Positions 13,422-17,983 of a DNA stretch of 17,983 bases are shown here, in pieces. Position 1 is the first letter of the stretch. Each line of letters starts with the position of its first letter. Source of the DNA: Gemmatimonadaceae bacterium (lineage in GTDB: Bacteria; Gemmatimonadota; Gemmatimonadetes; Gemmatimonadales; Gemmatimonadaceae); NCBI GenBank assembly GCA_033763905.1, contig JANRJP010000129.1:1-17983 (forward strand), read 5' to 3'. The notes under the pieces were generated by a model, which was not told the DNA's origin, made no database searches, and saw nothing but the letters and a program-made list of their open reading frames with translations. Position numbers and translations under genes: made by a program.

Positions 13422-16163
13422 ATGTCTTGGTTGATTGGAATGCTCGCGGTGGTCGCGACGCCGCTGATGACCCCTGCGTCCTCGGGGCGCTCGGCACCGG
13501 TCCCAGTCGTCGGCGCCGCTGGCACCACGACGACGCTGCGCGGGCACGTGCGCTGGATCGGTCCGCGTGTCGTGCTGGCCGGTGACGTCGAGCTGGCCGC
13601 CGGCGGCACGTTGACGATTGCGGCGGGCACCACGATCGAAGCACAGCCCGGCGCCCGCTTGCACATTGCGCGCGATTCGCGAATCGACGCGCGAGGCACA
13701 CTGCTGCAGCCGATCGTCTTCCGATGCGCGGCGTCCACGCAGTCGGGCTGCTGGCGCGGCGTGGTGATCGACGGATTCGCCCCAGTAAATCGTGGGACGC
13801 TCACGAGTCCTGCCGCGCGCGATGTTGGGGCATCGGGTTGCCGCGAAGCGCTGGTGAACGGTGAGCGCTACGGCGGGTGCGACGTCGAGGATTCGTCCGG
13901 GGTGTTTCAGTATGTGCGCGTGCAATACGCCGCCGAGGGACTGGAACTGCGCGGCGTCGGACGGCGCACGGTGATCCGGGACGTGCAGGTGCACGCGGGG
14001 TTGGGCAACGGCTTGACCGTTTCCGGCGGCACGGCACGCCTGCGCTACCTCCTGCTGACGGCCAACGCGCAATTCGGCATGCGCTGGCGCTACGGCTGGC
14101 AGGGCGACGCGCAGTTCGTGGTGGTGCAACAGAACCCGTCGCAGAGCGCGGGGGGGGTCCACGGGTCGAACGGCGACAGCGAGGCCGATGCCGCCGCGTT
14201 GCCGCGTTCGTCACCAACGGTCTCAAACCTCACCGTGGTCACGAATAGCGGACCCACCAATCCGTACGCCACCAGCGCGCGCGCGTTGCTGTTGGACGCC
14301 GGCACGGCTGGCACGTTGCGAAATCTGCTGATCGCGCGTGGCCCGGTGGGCGTCGACATCGATGGCGCGGCCGCGTGTCAGCAGGTGGTGCAGGGCACGC
14401 TGTCGCTGGATCGCGCGGTGGTGCTGTCGGTGACGAGTGCCGGGGATCCCGATGTGGATCCGGCCGAGTGCGCCGCGGTTGGTTCGAGTCCAGGGAGCGA
14501 GGCCGCGCATTTGGCACGTGCCGGCGCCACGGTGGTGATCGACGCCGCGTCGGGAGCGGCCGCGGCGGCGCTCTTGAGCGACGAGAATCTGAGCCTGCCG
14601 GACCTGCGCACGCGCTCGAGCGCCAGCGCGATCGTCGCCGCGTCGGCGCTCCCGCCCGCAGGGTTCGATTTCGATGCGGTCACCTATGCGGCTGGTGTCG
14701 CGCCGGCGACCCCGTCGCGCAACAACATCCCGTGGTATTCCGGATGGACCATCGGCGGCACTCCCGTGCTGCCCGCACCGGCCACGCTGCTCGTGCGGGT
14801 CACGTCGTCACTGCTCGGTCAGGTGCAGAATCAGCGCGTGAGCGTACAGCCGATCGGCCTTTCGGCACTCACCGGCGTCGATGGCACGCGATTGTTCTCG
14901 GGGGTACCGGCGGGCCCGATCACGGTGGCGCTCGAAGGGCAGCCTGCGGGCTGTCTGCCGGCGGCTCCACGGTCGGCACTGCTCGGCGCTGCCGCGGTGG
15001 ACACGATTGCATTCGACCTGTCGTGCGCGCCGGCGCCTGATGTGGCGCTCGATGCCGGCTTTGCACACACCTGTGCCCTGGATCGCTTGGGCGCCGCGTA
15101 CTGTTGGGGGGCAGGTGGCCTTGGCCAGTTGGGCACGGGCACCACCGACTCCAGTCGCGTGCCAGTCGCGGTGGCCGGTGGACGTTCGTACTCCGCGATC
15201 TCGACCGCGAACAATCACGCGTGCGCGATCGATGCCACGCGCACCCTCTACTGCTGGGGATCGAACGCGCAGGGCCAGTTGGCCCTCGGCGCCGGCATCG
15301 CCGGCGCACTCGTGCCAACGGCGGCGGTGACCCCACTGCGCTTCACCAAGATCTCGGTGGGGGCGGAGCACTCGTGTGGTATCGCCGAGAGTGGCGCTGC
15401 CTACTGCTGGGGATCCGGCAACGATGGCAAACTCGGCAACGCTGGCTTCACGTCGCAGCCCGCACCTGTTGCCGTCTTCGGCGGGCTGACGTGGCAGTCG
15501 GTCGCCGCTGGTGGGGCGCACAGCTGTGGCGTGACGACCGGCGGTGTGGTGTACTGCTGGGGCACCAACATCACGGGGGCGTTGGGCAATCCCAGCATTT
15601 CGCAGTCGCCCGTGCCGATTCCGGTGCAAGTGCCGGCGGGGCAGACGTTCCGTGAGGTGGTGACCGGCGAGTCGCAGACGTGTGCGCTCACCGTCGCCGG
15701 CCCTGCCTACTGCTGGGGGACCAATGTGGTCGGCCAGCTTGGCAACGGATCGATCATCAGCGCGTCGTCGCCGACGTTGGTCAGCTCAGCGGCGAATTGG
15801 GCGGCGATCGGCATGGGTGCCGAGCCGACGTTCCTTGGCCACGTCTGTGGCGCCGATGTCGGCGGCGTGGTGCGCTGCTGGGGGCTGGGCAACGTCGGCC
15901 AGCTGGGCCGAGACGCGACAGAGAGTTGCTTCTATCTCCAGCCCTGGCCGTGTGGCTTGACGCCGAGCGTAGTGCCTTCGCTCGGCGCGGCGGTACGCGC
16001 GGTGACCGGCGGGCGGCACTCCTGCGCGCTGCTCATTACTGGCGGCATCTGGTGCTGGGGCGACAACGGCGCCGGCCAGTTGGGAGACGGCACGTCCGTG
16101 GGCCGGGCACTCCCCGCCAGCGTGTCGGGGAGCATCCAGTGGCCCTCGGCACCAAATCCCTGA
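13422..16163 (+). CDS. Secreted protein: beta-helix domain paralogous to 7906..10254, one Cys-paired module and a 7-bladed RCC1/BLIP-II-like propeller
   Basis: 913 aa. GGAG at 13411-13414. Hydrophobic N-terminus, no lipobox. Beta-helix motifs LTIAAGTTI...ARGTLLQPIVF...GCWRGV...DSSGVFQY. Seven repeats of (H/Q)-x-C-x8-(Y/R/W)-C-W-G-x4-G-(Q/K/A)-L-(G/A) between about 15040 and 16130. Confidence 0.9.
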   Translation: MSWLIGMLAVVATPLMTPASSGRSAPVPVVGAAGTTTTLRGHVRWIGPRVVLAGDVELAAGGTLTIAAGTTIEAQPGARLHIARDSRIDARGTLLQPIVFRCAASTQSGCWRGVVIDGFAPVNRGTLTSPAARDVGASGCREALVNGERYGGCDVEDSSGVFQYVRVQYAAEGLELRGVGRRTVIRDVQVHAGLGNGLTVSGGTARLRYLLLTANAQFGMRWRYGWQGDAQFVVVQQNPSQSAGGVHGSNGDSEADAAALPRSSPTVSNLTVVTNSGPTNPYATSARALLLDAGTAGTLRNLLIARGPVGVDIDGAAACQQVVQGTLSLDRAVVLSVTSAGDPDVDPAECAAVGSSPGSEAAHLARAGATVVIDAASGAAAAALLSDENLSLPDLRTRSSASAIVAASALPPAGFDFDAVTYAAGVAPATPSRNNIPWYSGWTIGGTPVLPAPATLLVRVTSSLLGQVQNQRVSVQPIGLSALTGVDGTRLFSGVPAGPITVALEGQPAGCLPAAPRSALLGAAAVDTIAFDLSCAPAPDVALDAGFAHTCALDRLGAAYCWGAGGLGQLGTGTTDSSRVPVAVAGGRSYSAISTANNHACAIDATRTLYCWGSNAQGQLALGAGIAGALVPTAAVTPLRFTKISVGAEHSCGIAESGAAYCWGSGNDGKLGNAGFTSQPAPVAVFGGLTWQSVAAGGAHSCGVTTGGVVYCWGTNITGALGNPSISQSPVPIPVQVPAGQTFREVVTGESQTCALTVAGPAYCWGTNVVGQLGNGSIISASSPTLVSSAANWAAIGMGAEPTFLGHVCGADVGGVVRCWGLGNVGQLGRDATESCFYLQPWPCGLTPSVVPSLGAAVRAVTGGRHSCALLITGGIWCWGDNGAGQLGDGTSVGRALPASVSGSIQWPSAPNP

Positions 16164-16182
16164 GGTGCCCCGTTGCCGAACG

Positions 16183-16232
16183 ATTACACATCCGTGACGT
16201 GTCACGGCGACATCACGAGGCCGTTACGTCAC
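16183..16232. promoter_or_regulatory. Candidate transcription-factor site: 11-bp-phased RTNAC direct repeats overlapping a 7-bp inverted repeat
   Basis: GTCAC (16201), ATCAC (16212) and GTTAC (16223) are spaced exactly 11 bp apart, as are ATTAC (16183) and GTGAC (16194). CCGTGAC-gt-GTCACGG at 16192-16207 is a perfect inverted repeat. Confidence 0.4.
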
Positions 16233-16299
16233 AATCGGCAGATCACCGTGGCATCGTGACGTCCTCGCGGCACTTTATCAGTCCGCTCGTGCGCCGGCG

Positions 16300-17196
16300 T
16301 TGGCGCACTCCGTACGGCGACCCCCTTCGCATTGCCTCGTCGTGAGCTCCGCTTCGCATCGCCACAGCAACCCCGCCTCGCTGCATCTGCTGGACGCCGA
16401 GGCCATTCGCTTTCTCTCTGACGCCTCAGCCGTGCTGCTGACGGCTCGGCACATCGACACGTTGTTGCAGGGGGCGGCGTCGGCCACGATTCCGCGCCTC
16501 GCGCACATCGCGATGCTGGATCTGCGCGTGGGTGAGGCGCGCACGACACGCAGTTTCGCCGTGTCGTCGAATCCGGAAAAGGACGAGTTGGACCGTCGCG
16601 TGCTGAGCGAACTCTTGCCGCCGCCGACCGTTCGGACGAGTCCGCTCGCGGCGGTGCTGGCGCACGGCAAGGTGTTGTCGCGCGGCGAGCTGGGGACGGG
16701 CGCGCAGGATGCCGGAACCTACTCGCTGCTCGCGTTGCCGGTCGTCGCCAGCGACGAGATCGTGGCGTGCCTGTCGCTCCTGTGGTTCGGGCGACACGAC
16801 CGCTACGGTCGACCGGAGCTCGCCGTGCTCGAGGAGTTTGCCGAGCGTCTCGGGCACGCGTTGTCGGCCGTCACGCAGTTGCAGATCGCACGCGAGACCG
16901 CACAGAGTGCGGTCGCCTACAAGGAACTGCTGCTCGACTCGGTACGATCGCTCGAGGGCGGCATTACCCAGCTGAAGGCCGAGGTCACCGCACTGCGGGA
17001 CGAAAACGCAGCATTGCGCCGCGGCGAGACCAGCGCGCCAGTGGGCGCGCGACGTGACATTGATCCGGCGGCGGTGGAGGTATCGGCTCCTGAACCACCC
17101 CCCGTCGTGCGAGCGCTTCGGACGACGCTCCGGCGCACGCCGGCCACTGCCGTCGGCGCGATTGCCGCGCCGACGGCTGGACCAAGCGCCAGCTAG
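16300..17196 (+). CDS. GAF-domain protein with C-terminal coiled coil and low-complexity tail; no output domain (start uncertain)
   Basis: RFLSDASAVL...IPRLAHIAMLDL...SLLALPVVASDEIVACLSL...ELAVLEEFAERLGHAL is a typical GAF pattern. Heptad-like LEGGITQLKAEVTALRDENAALRR follows. Start may be TTG 16300 or GTG 16342. Confidence 0.75.
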   Translation: MAHSVRRPPSHCLVVSSASHRHSNPASLHLLDAEAIRFLSDASAVLLTARHIDTLLQGAASATIPRLAHIAMLDLRVGEARTTRSFAVSSNPEKDELDRRVLSELLPPPTVRTSPLAAVLAHGKVLSRGELGTGAQDAGTYSLLALPVVASDEIVACLSLLWFGRHDRYGRPELAVLEEFAERLGHALSAVTQLQIARETAQSAVAYKELLLDSVRSLEGGITQLKAEVTALRDENAALRRGETSAPVGARRDIDPAAVEVSAPEPPPVVRALRTTLRRTPATAVGAIAAPTAGPSAS

Positions 17197-17206
17197 CCGA
17201 CGGCGC

Positions 17207-17689
17207 TCAGGTCGTCTTCTTTGCCGCGGGCTTCGCCGCCGCCGGCGGCGTCGCGGGGGCCGTCATCGGCGGGTGACCAGCGGGCGGATGCCCCGGCGGC
17301 AGGGCGCCGGCGGCCGCGCCGCCACCACCCTCGGCGTGCATCCTCGCCATTGCGCTGTCGGTGAGCGCCGGCGTGCCGCTCAACGTGGCGACCATCTTCG
17401 ACGCCGAATCCGCCAGCGCGGTATTGCCCAAGCGCTGCGCGGCCATCATCACGCCGTACCACGGCGCAGCGTTCTGCGGATCCGCGACGGTTGCCAGACG
17501 ATACTGCACGACCGCATTCGCGGCGTCCCCAGCGCGAAGGAGCACGTTGCCGCTGTCGATGGCCGAGCGGGCCGACGGTGGCAGCGCATCGCCCGCCGCT
17601 TGGGCGCCGATCGGGATCTTCTCGGGTTCAGGCGACTTCTTGCAGGCCGCAACGAGGCCAACGGTGAGGAGCAGGGCAGGGAAGCGCAT
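17207..17689 (-). CDS. TPR-like lipoprotein with LPPGHPP motif
   Basis: 160 aa from ATG 17689, giving MRFPALLLTVGLVAA|C. TPR-like helices GNVLLRAGDAANAVVQYRLATVADPQNAAPWYGVMMAAQRLG. Tail ALPPGHPPAGHPPM. Starts 29 nt after the cytochrome stop. Confidence 0.8.
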   Translation of the reverse strand: MRFPALLLTVGLVAACKKSPEPEKIPIGAQAAGDALPPSARSAIDSGNVLLRAGDAANAVVQYRLATVADPQNAAPWYGVMMAAQRLGNTALADSASKMVATLSGTPALTDSAMARMHAEGGGGAAAGALPPGHPPAGHPPMTAPATPPAAAKPAAKKTT

Positions 17690-17718
17690 CGTACGGGTGC
17701 TGAGGTGGATCGCGGTCG

Positions 17719-17982
17719 TTATCGGCCGCTCAAGGGATCGGACGTGTGACACTGCAGGCACATCAAGCGGTTACGCGCCGCCACCGAGGCTGCGTTGAAG
17801 CGGTTGCCGTGCGGATTGACCTTCCATCCAAACGCCGAGTGGCACTGCATGCAATCGCGCTGCGTGTGGCAGGTCGTACAACTCTGCAACGACTGCCGCG
17901 CCGCGCGGCCGTGGTTGAGCAACCACACGGGCTGCCCCGTATGATAGCCGGTGCGCAACTGACCTTCAGAGGCCAGGCCCGC
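17719..17982 (-). CDS. 3' end of a multiheme c-type cytochrome (partial, runs in from the right edge)
   Basis: The frame is open to the window edge (AGLASEGQLRTGYH...). Three CXXCH motifs (CTTCH, CMQCH, CLQCH) plus extra His residues (GYH, LNH, NPH) as possible distal ligands. TAA at 17719-17721. Confidence 0.9.
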   Translation of the reverse strand, partial: AGLASEGQLRTGYHTGQPVWLLNHGRAARQSLQSCTTCHTQRDCMQCHSAFGWKVNPHGNRFNAASVAARNRLMCLQCHTSDPLSGR

Positions 17983-17983
17983 C

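Noticed and set aside
14150..14157. G8 homopolymer as a phase-variation tract
   Set aside because: It is short, in frame (Ala-Gly-Gly-Val), and plausible by chance at this GC content.
15040..16130. RCC1-like repeats as eukaryotic horizontal transfer or heme-binding motifs
   Set aside because: Cys-containing RCC1/BLIP-II repeats are common in secreted bacterial proteins, and the H-x-C pattern is not CXXCH.
17690..17761. ORF-track start at 17761 for the TPR lipoprotein
   Set aside because: It would overlap the cytochrome gene; ATG 17689 yields a canonical signal peptide and lipobox.
17744..17775. GTGAC/GTTAC motifs near the right end as regulator sites
   Set aside because: They fall inside the cytochrome coding sequence (Cys-His-Thr and Arg-Asn codons).

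Overview
High-GC bacterial DNA from a diderm (TonB-dependent receptor plus many lipoproteins). The protein styles suggest Gemmatimonadota or a relative, but that is inference. Most of the window (309-16163, + strand) is one apparent seven-gene cell-surface locus: (1) a non-SusC TonB-dependent receptor; (2) a lipoprotein with FN3, two Cys-paired beta-sandwich modules, a PKD domain, Pro/Thr/Asn linkers and two cohesin-like domains; (3) a lipoprotein ending in a possible cohesin-like domain; (4) a lipoprotein with a cohesin-like domain, a dockerin-like domain and an acidic beta-helix; (5) an Ig-like lipoprotein; (6) a HEXXH zinc metallopeptidase lipoprotein; (7) a paralogous beta-helix lacking the acidic motifs, fused to a 7-blade RCC1/BLIP-II propeller. 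Strong hairpins without U-tracts bracket genes 3 and 4. The best candidate for an undescribed system is a cohesin-dockerin, cellulosome-style outer-membrane complex coupled to a TonB receptor, with no recognisable glycoside hydrolase. Flanks: the 3' end of an alpha/beta-hydrolase-like gene (left); an orphan GAF/coiled-coil gene, a TPR lipoprotein and the 3' end of a multiheme cytochrome c gene (right). All domain calls were made by eye from motifs; no searches were run.
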